64,000 nt of DNA, taken from the IMG/VR virus record IMGVR_UViG_3300026549_000067, positions 17,514 through 81,513 of that record; one strand, 5' to 3'. Below, piece after piece: positions 1 to 9,413 of the stretch. Both the position numbers and the translations under genes were made by a program. Positions within the stretch are counted from its first letter, which is position 1; every line of letters starts with the position of its first letter. The notes beneath the pieces were generated by a model, which saw nothing but the letters and a program-made list of their open reading frames with translations, searched no databases and had not been told where the DNA came from. Source of the DNA: a virus (taxonomy: Duplodnaviria; Caudoviricetes).

Positions 1-629
1 TTAAGTTCCTTCTTTGCTTTGGTGTACTTCTTTTTGCAATCATCAATACTTGCAACCGCTATGTCTGCCGCAATCAGATCGAAGTTTTCAACGCTTTCAG
101 CAACCTCTTCTGGCGTAACGTCCGATACAAACCTCATAAGAAGTTCTCTCTGCTTTTTCCAATCCATTGCAGGAAACGCCATCGGGTTTGTGAGCAATTT
201 GAAGATATCCTCATCGATGATGGATGCAATGAATGCTTTGTATTCTTTGTCGGACTTCGGGAAACCATTGATTTCAAACAGATTCTGGTTTCCAGAGAAC
301 TCCTGCTGTTCCTGACCGCGCTTTTTTACCCATTTTTCCTTCTGCGTCTTTTTGACTTCGTATTCAACACCATCAACCGTCATGTTGAGGATGCCTACGA
401 TTGCGGTATGGTGGATCTTCTGACCAGATGCATCTAAGGTTCTGACCTCAAACTTGCTGTTGCCCTTGCTATCCTTATCGAAAATGATCCACGAGATAAG
501 ATCCAATATGGATGTCTTACCAGAACCGTTCATTCCTTTGATGATGGTAGATAATCCAAACGGAATATCCACCTCTCTAAGACCTTTGAAATGTTCTCCG
601 TGTACGGAGTCAAATGTAATGTTTCTCAA
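1..629 (-). CDS. SMC/Rad50-like AAA ATPase of phage recombination module (5' part; runs off window)
   Basis: Not in ORF track. Manual translation from TTG at 629 gives LRNITFDSVHGEHFKGLREVDIPFGLSTIIKGMNGSGKTSILD, with Walker A GxNGSGKT, and is open to position 1. Confidence 0.85.
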   Translation of the reverse strand, partial: MRNITFDSVHGEHFKGLREVDIPFGLSTIIKGMNGSGKTSILDLISWIIFDKDSKGNSKFEVRTLDASGQKIHHTAIVGILNMTVDGVEYEVKKTQKEKWVKKRGQEQQEFSGNQNLFEINGFPKSDKEYKAFIASIIDEDIFKLLTNPMAFPAMDWKKQRELLMRFVSDVTPEEVAESVENFDLIAADIAVASIDDCKKKYTKAKKEL

Positions 630-736
630 TTGAAAATCCTCTCTTTCTGTGCTAAGATGAGGAAGTACAAAATGATCGTAATGCATTTGTACTAACCTCT
701 TTTGGAGTCATCTGTGCTAGAAAGATGGCTCCATTT

Positions 737-916
737 TTAATCCAACCATTTTCTGTACTTCTGGTAGAATGTGATGATTGTGTATCCTGACCAGACAAAC
801 ACCACGGTTCCTACCAGACCCATGAGTCCTGTTTCGGCAATCGTTCCGATGTAAAAGAACAACCCGATGATTGCGACTATCAGCAGGATCGCATCATTGT
901 TTTTTATTTCCTTCAT
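737..916 (-). CDS. small membrane protein (59 aa)
   Basis: Manual translation MKEIKNNDAILLIVAIIGLFFYIG...; two hydrophobic stretches; overlaps the upstream stop. Confidence 0.6.
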   Translation of the reverse strand: MKEIKNNDAILLIVAIIGLFFYIGTIAETGLMGLVGTVVFVWSGYTIITFYQKYRKWLD

Positions 917-1137
917 AACAACTCCCTTATCTCTTTGTCTGTTAATCCACGCAACCTGATGATTTTTGACAAACGGTCAAGTGGTATTGTTGATGGATAC
1001 TTCTTGTATCTGTACAAGGTTGTCTTGCTAATCTTTAATACCCTTGCCATCTTTTCTAACTTCACAGGATCATCCGGATCTCCGAAAAGAAGTTTTCTTC
1101 GCTGTTCATCAGGATCGCGACAGTATCCTCTTGCCAT
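913..1137 (-). CDS. HTH DNA-binding protein
   Basis: KMARVLKISKTTLYRYKK helix-turn-helix pattern; likely start MARG at 1137. Confidence 0.7.
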   Translation of the reverse strand: MARGYCRDPDEQRRKLLFGDPDDPVKLEKMARVLKISKTTLYRYKKYPSTIPLDRLSKIIRLRGLTDKEIRELL

Positions 1138-1298
1138 CACTCCACCTGTATGTGCTTTGTTTCTGCCTGACAGACAGGACACCACATATGCTTGCAATGT
1201 CCGATTGCTGTCTTGCTACCAGACCGCTTTGTTGCGGGTCTGGATGATCCGCAGGACTCGCATTTGAAATGGCGAACGTAAAATGATTGACGTTTCAT
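1137..1298 (-). CDS. small zinc-ribbon protein, ribosomal L33-like Cys spacing
   Basis: FKCESC...HMWCPVCQAETKH, 53 aa. Confidence 0.5.
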   Translation of the reverse strand: MKRQSFYVRHFKCESCGSSRPATKRSGSKTAIGHCKHMWCPVCQAETKHIQVE

Positions 1299-1792
1299 GA
1301 TTTCAGCTCCTGTTTCGCTTCTATCTGCTTGTAACACCATTCCTTGAAATCATTTACATCTTCTGTCGGATACCATCCGTCTATAAATTCGTACAATTTA
1401 ATCGCGTCTTCTGACGGAACTTCCGTATACGATGAAACATCGAACTTGTCATGGATGTCCTTATAAAGCCGCGCTCTGAATCTTCCAAAACAAGCCTGAT
1501 AATCCTTGTGATCTTTGTCAGACCATTCATTTTTGTTTTCCGGAAGTTTTAAAACCGTATAGATACGAATGGCTGTTTTTGCTCTGGCTTTTTTCTGCTC
1601 TCCGCGTCTGAGCGTTATCTGTGTTGCAAGATGTGCGTTGATTTGTTCCTGCTTTACCATGAATTCCTTGACGGTATCCTGTTCCTTCTCGATTACGTCC
1701 ATCCGGACAATCACACCATCGACTGTTGCCATAAGCCGTTTTGTGCCAAGTGCTATCTCGTTGATAGCCTGTACGTTTAATTCATTACTCAT
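1295..1792 (-). CDS. ORF6C-like phage regulatory/antirepressor-type protein
   Basis: N-terminal coiled coil, then ARLYKDIHDKFDVSSYTEVP...LYEFIDGWYP; lies downstream of cro. Confidence 0.55.
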   Translation of the reverse strand: MSNELNVQAINEIALGTKRLMATVDGVIVRMDVIEKEQDTVKEFMVKQEQINAHLATQITLRRGEQKKARAKTAIRIYTVLKLPENKNEWSDKDHKDYQACFGRFRARLYKDIHDKFDVSSYTEVPSEDAIKLYEFIDGWYPTEDVNDFKEWCYKQIEAKQELKS

Positions 1793-2675
1793 TCAGTGTT
1801 CCCCCGATATTAATTAACATTTGCTGTGACCATGCATTAATATTTCTGATAGCCTTTATTACGTCCATGCGCTTTTCTTCTGGAAGTTTCTCAATCTGTT
1901 CAGTTACCCAAACATATCCACCTACGTTTCGGATGAATGAATTGATCTGAGTTCCAAGGTATTCAGATTCTCTTTCAAGTTTGATCTGTGCGTCATGGAT
2001 CCCTTCGCGCTCTTCTAGTTCTTTTATGCGTTTATTAGCGGCGTTTCTTTCGTCCAGATACTGTTTGCGTTCTTTTGACAGAAGATCATTTTCTGATCTG
2101 ATCGTGCTATTTTCACGTTTGATTTTTTCGTAGTCTTCCGGAACAACCTTGACCTCTTTTGGTTTCTGGTTGCGTAGCGTGTCAATCTCTTCCTGTTGTG
2201 CTTTGACTCTATCTTTGTAATGTTTAATCTCACGCATCACGGAAGCCTTGGTAACAACCTCACCGTTTGCCAGAGCGTCATCAATGACCTTTTGGACTAC
2301 TTCTGGATGCTTTGCCATCTGTTGGTAGTCTTTAGCTTCGGTTACTCCGTAACCCATATTGGCAATGGTTTCAGCCTTGGTCTTTACCTCTGTCGAACGT
2401 TCGACAGAGGTTTCCAGATCGGTTCTCATGCCACTTTGTTTCGGAATTGCCAAAAGCAGTTCTCCGATCCTCTGTTCTGCCGCAATCAGCGCGTTGCTGA
2501 CTTCCTGTGTCTCTTTCAGTGTCTGATCCCTGATTTCCTGTGCAACCGATAACTTGTTGACAGTCTGTAGCTTCAACATATAAGCCTGTAGCTTCGCCTT
2601 ACCAACCAGAACAAATTGTGTTAAATCCTCAAGTGTGTCTGGTAGCTGATTGTTTCTTTCTACAATCTCGTTCAT
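1785..2675 (-). CDS. hypothetical early protein with coiled coil
   Basis: 296-aa ORF in operon with overlapping neighbours. Confidence 0.6.
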   Translation of the reverse strand: MNEIVERNNQLPDTLEDLTQFVLVGKAKLQAYMLKLQTVNKLSVAQEIRDQTLKETQEVSNALIAAEQRIGELLLAIPKQSGMRTDLETSVERSTEVKTKAETIANMGYGVTEAKDYQQMAKHPEVVQKVIDDALANGEVVTKASVMREIKHYKDRVKAQQEEIDTLRNQKPKEVKVVPEDYEKIKRENSTIRSENDLLSKERKQYLDERNAANKRIKELEEREGIHDAQIKLERESEYLGTQINSFIRNVGGYVWVTEQIEKLPEEKRMDVIKAIRNINAWSQQMLINIGGTLNE

Positions 2676-2694
2676 GTCTTACTCCTTTGTCGGA

Positions 2695-3414
2695 TTATTT
2701 GAACAGGTAATTGAATGATCTGTCTATTTTTGCCTGTTCCTTACGATGCTTTTCGTTATTTCTTTTTATTTCCCTCACTTCCTCGTCTTCCGCTTTTTTA
2801 GCAAGTCTTCTAGCTGTTTTTTCGGCTTTTTTGTCAGCTTGTATCTTGGCTCTGTGACGTTCAAGAATCTCTATCTCGTCTTTAACCGTTTCCATGTGTT
2901 CTTTTACTTCTTCCGGATGATCCGCATTATATTTTTCGATTTCTTTGACCAAATACTCTGCAAGTGCTTGATTATCGTCCGTTCCAACTGCCGCTATATA
3001 ATCAACCGAAAAATCAATTAGTTTTTCAAAACCTACATTTTGAAAATATGGATAGTATTCTGTGAGCCTGATGTTTTCGGTTATGATTTTGAATACATGG
3101 TCTAAACGGTTTCTAAGTATGTTGATATTACGATCGAAGACCTTGTAATATTTCGGCTCGACTCCGTATTCTTTTAACGAAAGTTTTACAGCGACAACAA
3201 ACATCTTCTGTCTTTGTGCTGATAGAAAAATTTGCCTTAATCCATTCATTTCGAACCGCGTTATTAGCAAGTATGTAATTACAATTACTCTTGAAAATTC
3301 TTTGGTTATCTGGTTAAGTTCCCTGACATATTCGACATTTTTTGAATTAATAACCTTTGGTCTTTCGTTGTCGTTCAACCAATCGTTTATTGTTTTGCGA
3401 TCATAAATATCCAT
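2695..3414 (-). CDS. hypothetical early protein
   Basis: 239-aa ORF directly downstream of cro. Confidence 0.6.
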   Translation of the reverse strand: MDIYDRKTINDWLNDNERPKVINSKNVEYVRELNQITKEFSRVIVITYLLITRFEMNGLRQIFLSAQRQKMFVVAVKLSLKEYGVEPKYYKVFDRNINILRNRLDHVFKIITENIRLTEYYPYFQNVGFEKLIDFSVDYIAAVGTDDNQALAEYLVKEIEKYNADHPEEVKEHMETVKDEIEILERHRAKIQADKKAEKTARRLAKKAEDEEVREIKRNNEKHRKEQAKIDRSFNYLFK

Positions 3415-3445
3415 TTTGCCCTATTACCCTCAATTGCTTTTACGT

Positions 3446-3682
3446 TTATTCGTGTTCCGCTTTGTGAACTTCTTTGGTAAAAAAATAGATACCAATGTCC
3501 TCATCCTTGATACCTAACACGGTACAAGCATTAGCAATATCTGTCTGAGTGAAATAACTTTCACCGTTCAATACAGATGAAACGAAGTTATGACTTCGCC
3601 CGATTGCCTTTGCAAATGCACCTTCCGTCTTCAATTTTTCGCGGATCAGTCCACGTAATTTTGAAAAATCGTACTTTGCCAA
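3446..3682 (-). CDS. Cro-like repressor (DUF739-type HTH)
   Basis: YDFSKLRGLIREKLKTEGAFAKAIG...FTQTDI; divergent from cI. Confidence 0.85.
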   Translation of the reverse strand: MAKYDFSKLRGLIREKLKTEGAFAKAIGRSHNFVSSVLNGESYFTQTDIANACTVLGIKDEDIGIYFFTKEVHKAEHE

Positions 3683-3709
3683 TTTGTCTATCTCCTTTCT
3701 TGAATTTTC

Positions 3710-3835
3710 GTTCCGCTTTGTGAACTATATGCATCATATCACGTATGAATTAAGCTGTCAACACATTTTTTTCGCTTTGTGAACACTTTTTTCACTTGCC
3801 GATTGTAAATGTGAACTCATTATGGTAAAATTGCA
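3710..3835. promoter_or_regulatory. divergent cI/cro promoters with operator repeats GTTC-N8-GAAC
   Basis: Minus promoter TTGACA(3756-61)-17-TATGAT(3733-38). Plus promoter TTGCCG...TAAAAT. gttccgctttgtgaac occurs at 3710-3725 and 3454-3469, with a partial copy at 3769-3784. Confidence 0.75.
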
Positions 3836-3863
3836 TTACACAGGGGAGAGAAAGGAAAACAAT

Positions 3864-4259
3864 ATGAGTAGCGCAAAGAGACTTCAAGAATTGATGGATT
3901 ATCTTGGAGTGAACGCAACTGAGTTCGGCAAGATGACCGGAATACCAAAGAGTTCTGTCAGCATGTATCTGAGTGGTCAGAGACAAATGAGAGCAGACAG
4001 AATCGGAGACATCTCAGAAAAGTTTGGCATTGATCCTGCGTGGCTTATGGGAAGGGACGTACCCATGAGAAAACCTGTTGAGGTTGCGGATGTAGTAGAA
4101 GTGCCGATCTACGGAAGGGTTGCCGCAGGAAACGGAGTGTGTGCATACGAGGATGTTTCTGATTACGTCCCACCGCCGGCATATTTCGGGGATTCCTTTA
4201 TTTTCAAGGGATTCCCGATTTTTTTTGATTTTACGCGGTTTTTTAAGGTTCGCATCTGA
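3864..4259 (+). pseudogene. CI-like repressor: HTH intact, S24 autocleavage domain truncated
   Basis: XRE HTH, then VPIYGRVAAG (start of the S24 linker). After DYVPPPAY it becomes non-S24 Phe-rich sequence and stops. Confidence 0.75.
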
Positions 4260-4330
4260 TACTAATAGTACCATATTTGAGACGATTTTGCCATATATGA
4301 GCGAAAAAGTTGACACAAGAGTTGACCACT
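4167..4330 (+). other. att-like region: tRNA-3'-end-like core plus arm-type repeats
   Basis: gtcccaccgccggcat (4167-4182) resembles a T-arm/acceptor 3' end of a Clostridial tRNA-Leu. It is followed by an imperfect inverted repeat (4187-4216) and tandem agttgac repeats (~4308, ~4320). Confidence 0.5.
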
Positions 4331-4353
4331 GTTAAACAAATAACAAAGAGCCA

Positions 4354-4533
4354 TCACTCGGATGACTCTTCTGCGTCTTCTCTGGCTACTCTTTCAAGCA
4401 GCTTCAATAACCACTCTGGCGGCTGTCGTGTTCCTGCGTCCCAGTTCTCCAATGTCCTGATTGGGATACCGTATCTTCTGCTAAATTCCGCGCGACTGAT
4501 ACCAAGTATCGCCCTGATCTCAATCGTGTTCAT
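4354..4533 (-). CDS. small XRE HTH protein (59 aa)
   Basis: Manual translation MNTIEIRAILGISRAEFSRRYGIPIRTLENWDAGTRQPPEWLLKLL. Confidence 0.8.
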   Translation of the reverse strand: MNTIEIRAILGISRAEFSRRYGIPIRTLENWDAGTRQPPEWLLKLLERVAREDAEESSE

Positions 4534-5744
4534 GACACTACTCCGTCACAATACAGTCCACCGGACTCGTTGGCGCGTTTCATCAATCTCAAAAACAGTG
4601 CCATTATATCCTTAAAGTTTTTGTCTTCGATATAATAATCGAGATTTTCCATATCATCCGGAGTGATTTCTAGACTTCCATACTCGATATCTCCATCTGC
4701 AACTCCGACAGATAACCAATCATAGAAGATGTCTCCGTCATTCAAATTCCGGACAATATATTCCATTGCTTTTACCATCTTAACGCGTTCCGGTTTATTC
4801 ATGTCATTTCTCCTTTCTGCTCTGTTGACACCAAGATGCAACCGCATCGGCGTAATTGTCTGTGTTTGCGAGTGACAGGCAGTACATGCAGGTTGAGCAT
4901 GTCATGCCACAGGTGGAGCGAACAGTTTTTGTTCGCTGATAACGTGCATCCAGATCGTATGCTGTGCAGTTGTAAGCTGCACCGTTGTAGATTTTCATTT
5001 TGATCTCCTTTCATAGCACTCTTTACACCAATACTTTCCATCCTTAACAAGATAAGGAATGATCTTTTCCGTCCTGTTCATCCTTATTCCGTATAACGGC
5101 ATATCCGGTATGATACGGAAGATTTCTCTGCCACATACATTACATTGCCTTGTGCCTTTCATGTTAAAACCTCTTTCCTTCAAATGTGTTGAACCGGACA
5201 TAGCGTCCGTTGCCATATGTTACGCTGTATACCCATGCGCTGTATGGAACTTCCGGAAACAGTGCGTCCAGCGCGTTATCATACGCTTCTTCCTTATTGC
5301 TTGCCAGAACGCTAATGTTGTGCGGAGTATCCGCAAAAAACATCTTGTACTGAACTGTATATGCCTTGTTTGACTTTGCCATGTCGATTCTCCTTTCAAA
5401 GACGGTTTAACCTATACCACCGACAAGGTATTTGATTATCAGAACTCTGCTTCGTGGATTCTGATGCCAATCATCTTCCATGATCCGTTCTCACCTGTGA
5501 ATCTGCTTGAGAAGAAAGTTGTGAGATATGCAATCATTCTGTCAGACCGGAAGTCCGTGTCATATCGGATATCGTATGCCTGACCACCAAATGGTTCTGT
5601 TTCCATGCTGATGAACATCCAGTAACCATTTCCATAGTCTCCTTCTTTTTTACCAAATTCGGCTGTTCCTTTATAGGACACTGACTTGCCGTTTCCATCG
5701 TTGAGATAAAGAGTTACGTTAAATTGTTCCTTCATTTGTACCAC
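4530..5744 (-). CDS. cluster of 5 short hypothetical genes (4530-4802, 4804-4998, 4995-5216, 5164-5382, 5439-5744)
   Basis: Contiguous short ORFs, most with an AGGAG-type RBS, behind their own promoter. Confidence 0.55.
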
Positions 5745-5782
5745 CTTTCTTTCTATGATGTGCTAGTGTCTTTCGTTGATTA

Positions 5783-5812
5783 TATATTACCACTCATTGA
5801 GTGGTTTGTCAA
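5783..5812 (-). promoter_or_regulatory. sigmaA-type promoter with palindromic operator in spacer
   Basis: TTGACA...TAATAT on the minus strand; accactca-t-tgagtggt palindrome at 5789-5805. Confidence 0.7.
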
Positions 5813-5891
5813 TACCTTTTTTGCATTTTTAGACAAAAATAGAAGCACCTCAATTAAGAGATGCCCCTATTAAAGCTGCGCTTTGTGTTAT

Positions 5892-6287
5892 TTACATTGT
5901 CTCCATGACTCTGCGGATTGCTTCGCGTTCCTGTTCGGTCTGTGCTTCGTTCATCATCTGATGAAGTTTGTCCATTGTATCGCCAGTTCTGCTATAACCG
6001 CCAATTCCATTGTAGCTGTTTCGGTATGAGTTACCACGATACATTGTATTGTTGTTACGATAGGAATTGCCACCGCCCATGCCATATGAATTCATGGGAT
6101 ACTGCGGCATATAACGCTGTGAGTAACCGCTGTCGTTCATTTCGATTTCGCCCAGATCCTTGAGGATGTCAACCATCTTGTAAGTACAAGCAAGACTGTT
6201 CTCATCAAGTTCACCTCTGGCAGTAATCTGATCCATCTCAGAACCGATCATGTCACGGAGCTTATCGAAGGTTTTCTGCATTTCCAT
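5892..6287 (-). CDS. unknown-function cassette protein with Tyr/Ser/Gly/Asn-rich middle
   Basis: Helical N-terminus, repeated SY/YS-R motifs, helical C-terminus. Confidence 0.7.
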   Translation of the reverse strand: MEMQKTFDKLRDMIGSEMDQITARGELDENSLACTYKMVDILKDLGEIEMNDSGYSQRYMPQYPMNSYGMGGGNSYRNNNTMYRGNSYRNSYNGIGGYSRTGDTMDKLHQMMNEAQTEQEREAIRRVMETM

Positions 6288-6304
6288 TGCGTTTCTCTCC
6301 TTTC

Positions 6305-6766
6305 TCAGCGAGTAATAGCCAGATCTGGTCGCGTGATGATGATATTCGCATTCTGTACCAGAATTGGTTGGTCACTGGTATTTGTAATTGAGAGAGTTTC
6401 GCAACATCCGCGCCATACATCTGCGTTGATTGCTCTGGACACATTGAAATACTCATCAACTGCGGCAGGAGTCACAATCATTGTACTAGACGGAAGAACA
6501 CTTCCATCCAGTGAGATTGCAAGGCTAATTGCACCAACTGTACCTGTTGTCGGGATTGCAATGTTTGCTCCGAAGTCAACAAGGTAATTTGCGCTGTTGT
6601 TTCTGCATCCGCATGAATTGTACGGAACCCAACCACTCAGAAGAAAGTTTCCACTACCATCACGATGTCTTACGAATCCCCTGTTGCAAGGAACTGCAAC
6701 ATCCGTAAATACAACTGTCTGTCCAACATCGACAAGCTGAGAGTCATTAGCGAAGTATTCAGCCAT
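6305..6766 (-). CDS. beta-rich Cys-containing protein, possibly BclA-CTD/C1q-like
   Basis: Alternating beta-strand pattern (VDFGANIAIP, ISLAISLDG, NANIIITR) with PCNRG and GCCE motifs. Confidence 0.6.
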   Translation of the reverse strand: MAEYFANDSQLVDVGQTVVFTDVAVPCNRGFVRHRDGSGNFLLSGWVPYNSCGCRNNSANYLVDFGANIAIPTTGTVGAISLAISLDGSVLPSSTMIVTPAAVDEYFNVSRAINADVWRGCCETLSITNTSDQPILVQNANIIITRPDLAITR

Positions 6767-6781
6767 AATTGACCCCCTTCC

Positions 6782-7708
6782 TTACGCTACGCCGCATCCG
6801 CATCCACAACCACCGTTGTTACAAGTGAAGATCGGTGTACGTCCATATACTGGAGTAGTCGGAACTGGGCAAGTGTTCAGACGATTGTACAGAGCATCAA
6901 CCTCGTTGTTGAGTCCCTGTTGGAAGAGTGCTGTCTGGGCATTGTTGTTTGCCAGAATCTGTGCTGTCTGCTCAACCTGAGATGCCTGACCGCGAGAGTA
7001 CATAAGTTCCTGACGGAGATTTGCAATTGTTTCATTCTTCTGGTCATCGCGATACTCGCAAAGCTGATCCTTAATGGATTGAATGCCAGAATTGAATGCT
7101 GTCAGAAGTGCCTGAGTGTTCTGGGTATCAGTTGTTCTTGTTGCGCACGCTTCGGTTGCAAGTGCAAATTTAGCATCAGCGATACCAGATGCAATGCCAT
7201 TAAATCCTTGCATGTTAGCTGTCTGTTCTGCGAAGGAACGATTCAGATTTGCAATCTCGTTGCTATTAAGCTGTTGAGAAATTGCGTTCTGCGCTCCTGT
7301 TACTGCGGCAGTTGTTCCTGCAAAACCATTGCACAGGGATTGCTGAATACCTGCTGTGCTGTTTGCGAGTGCCATCTGCATATCGCCACAGCATCCACAA
7401 AGCTGAGTTGCAAGACCACTCACGCCATCTCTGACAGAAGTAACGCTGTCATGAAGCTGTGCATCACGGAATCCATCGTTGACATTGTTATTGATACCGT
7501 TCTGACCATTCAGAAGCCACGGAAAATCAATTCCAAGTCCACCTGCGAAACCGCCGCCGAAGCCGCCCATTCCCCAACCGTTGCCGCCGATCAGCAGAAG
7601 CAGAAGAATCCATGCCCAATCTGCACCGAATCCCATGCCACCACCATATCCACCGCCATACATCGGAGAGACCGGCATTACAAAATTTTCCTGATTAGAA
7701 GAAAGCAT
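6782..7708 (-). CDS. Gly-rich membrane-anchored coiled-coil Cys-rich protein
   Basis: GGGYGGG...WAWILLLLLIGG N-terminus, CGCC, long heptads, C-terminal GCGCGCG. Confidence 0.75.
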   Translation of the reverse strand: MLSSNQENFVMPVSPMYGGGYGGGMGFGADWAWILLLLLIGGNGWGMGGFGGGFAGGLGIDFPWLLNGQNGINNNVNDGFRDAQLHDSVTSVRDGVSGLATQLCGCCGDMQMALANSTAGIQQSLCNGFAGTTAAVTGAQNAISQQLNSNEIANLNRSFAEQTANMQGFNGIASGIADAKFALATEACATRTTDTQNTQALLTAFNSGIQSIKDQLCEYRDDQKNETIANLRQELMYSRGQASQVEQTAQILANNNAQTALFQQGLNNEVDALYNRLNTCPVPTTPVYGRTPIFTCNNGGCGCGCGVA

Positions 7709-7822
7709 TAGTTGCTCCTTTCTACCGCATAACTATTTGCGGTAAGCGGCTATCCTCTATTCGGATAGTCGGTTTAAAAGTGTTTATTCATAAGCCGCCG
7801 CGCGCTCGACTCTGAATCATAT

Positions 7823-8062
7823 TTATCTGCCACCACGCATTCTGTTGATGACCTGCATTGCCCATTGCATTCTTGGATTGCCAATCTGTCCTGATTGCAA
7901 AAGGCTGTTTATTATCGCGTTTGGATCGTTTGTATTTATACCTTCTGGCAAATTAAAACCTCTACTTGTGAGATATTCAGAAGGGTTGCTTTTAATCTGC
8001 TGAACAGGATCTGGCTGTTGCTGATTATTTCCATTTCCTAAAGAATTAAACATTCCGCTCAT
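7823..8062 (-). CDS. small Gln/Asn-rich cassette protein
   Basis: 79-aa ORF with RBS. Confidence 0.7.
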   Translation of the reverse strand: MSGMFNSLGNGNNQQQPDPVQQIKSNPSEYLTSRGFNLPEGINTNDPNAIINSLLQSGQIGNPRMQWAMQVINRMRGGR

Positions 8063-8495
8063 TTTCTTTCGGTTTCCTTTCTTGACGTTGCTGTTGTTTT
8101 TGCGGTTTTGCTAGTTCAGAAAGTCTTTGTTCAAATTCTTCTCGCGTCACATAGTCCTTTTGCGGAGTTTCTGGTTCTGGCATTTTTCTGTAATACTCGA
8201 CAAGGTTACTCTGACCGTTTGCAAATGCCGTTTTGATATAAATAGCAGAATCATCTTTCTCCATCATCATCTGTGCCTGACCTGCACCGACAGGGAAGTT
8301 CAATGCTTCTTGCCTGTTTGCAACTTGCACAATTTCTGCATGAATTGTTGGTGGAGTCATCATCTGCTGTTGTGTCTGCTGTTGAACCTGTGGTTGCTGA
8401 ACCTGCGGTTGCTGATACTGCAACTGTTGCTGATACTGCGGATACACAGGTTGGTATGTCGCAGGAAACGGATAGTTGTTATACGGATTTGCCAT
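8046..8495 (-). CDS. Pro/Tyr/Gln-rich cassette protein
   Basis: Low-complexity PYQQ N-terminus, globular middle, DYVTREEFEQRL C-terminus. Confidence 0.7.
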   Translation of the reverse strand: MANPYNNYPFPATYQPVYPQYQQQLQYQQPQVQQPQVQQQTQQQMMTPPTIHAEIVQVANRQEALNFPVGAGQAQMMMEKDDSAIYIKTAFANGQSNLVEYYRKMPEPETPQKDYVTREEFEQRLSELAKPQKQQQRQERKPKENERNV

Positions 8496-8905
8496 TACAA
8501 TTCACCTCGCTTATAGAAGTAATACTGCGGTATATCCTGAGAAGAATCGAAAGTATCCAGAATATTTCCGTCAATTATAGTGCATACATGATCTCCGAAT
8601 CCTAAAACATATATGCCATATGGATGATCGATACAGAAATCTTCTGCTGTGTAGCAATCAGCACATTCGTTTTCGATTGCCGCACGATTGAAACCGTTCT
8701 GACGTAAGATTGCCGACAAAACTGCGTTGCCGCTTGGCATATCACACATTCTGTTTGCAGAATATGCCGCCATCCAGAACGCAGTATCCCAATCTACATC
8801 TAGCGCGGCACATATTGCACGAACCACACAATCACCGACCTGCGTTCTGGCACAGGGATTCGGGTTGAACTTTATCCACATATCAATCACTCCAACTGTA
8901 CTCAA
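8495..8905 (-). CDS. putative Cys-His hydrolase/peptidase-like protein
   Basis: GDCVVRAI...DHVCTIIDG..DTFDS suggests a papain-like Cys/His/Asp arrangement (inference). Confidence 0.45.
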   Translation of the reverse strand: MSTVGVIDMWIKFNPNPCARTQVGDCVVRAICAALDVDWDTAFWMAAYSANRMCDMPSGNAVLSAILRQNGFNRAAIENECADCYTAEDFCIDHPYGIYVLGFGDHVCTIIDGNILDTFDSSQDIPQYYFYKRGEL

Positions 8906-9026
8906 GTGCCGTAATGTATTTATCTAATTCGTCCAGAGCATTATTCTTTCGAAAATCCGCGTAAACGTTATATGCTCTGCTCAGTGAAAAACCAAGTCTT
9001 GTCATGCGTAAAATATAAAGTTCCAT
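8883..9026 (-). CDS. small hypothetical protein (47 aa)
   Basis: MELYILRMTRLG start with gagaggtg RBS. Confidence 0.5.
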   Translation of the reverse strand: MELYILRMTRLGFSLSRAYNVYADFRKNNALDELDKYITALEYSWSD

Positions 9027-9168
9027 GACCGTCACCTCTCTTTCACCTATAATTTTGCAATAAAAAAGACCCTCTTGCGATGAAACCAGAGGGTATGTTA
9101 CGTGCAAGTTTTGGGCAATAAAAAAAGAGCATCCACACATAATGTGCAGATGCCCTGATTAAAAGCAA

Positions 9169-9402
9169 CTAAAAAGAGATATGGCTCAATACCCTATCTC
9201 CTTCCTTGTAAACTATATTCTTTATTTGTCTGACGGACATATCGACCTCTTCTGCGATCGCTTCAAAAGTCATGCCGTAAATAAATCTTAGTTTTAAAAT
9301 TTCTCGATATTTTTGATTGTGACACCACTCGTCAATGAGATGCTCTATTTGACTATTTGACAGATTATCTGCGATACGCTGTCCTTCTCTTACCTTGCGC
9401 AT
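9169..9402 (-). CDS. sigma-70 region 4-like HTH protein
   Basis: REILKLRFIYGMTFEAIAEEVDMSVRQIKNIVYK. Confidence 0.8.
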   Translation of the reverse strand: MRKVREGQRIADNLSNSQIEHLIDEWCHNQKYREILKLRFIYGMTFEAIAEEVDMSVRQIKNIVYKEGDRVLSHISF

Positions 9403-9413
9403 TTTTCCGTCTC

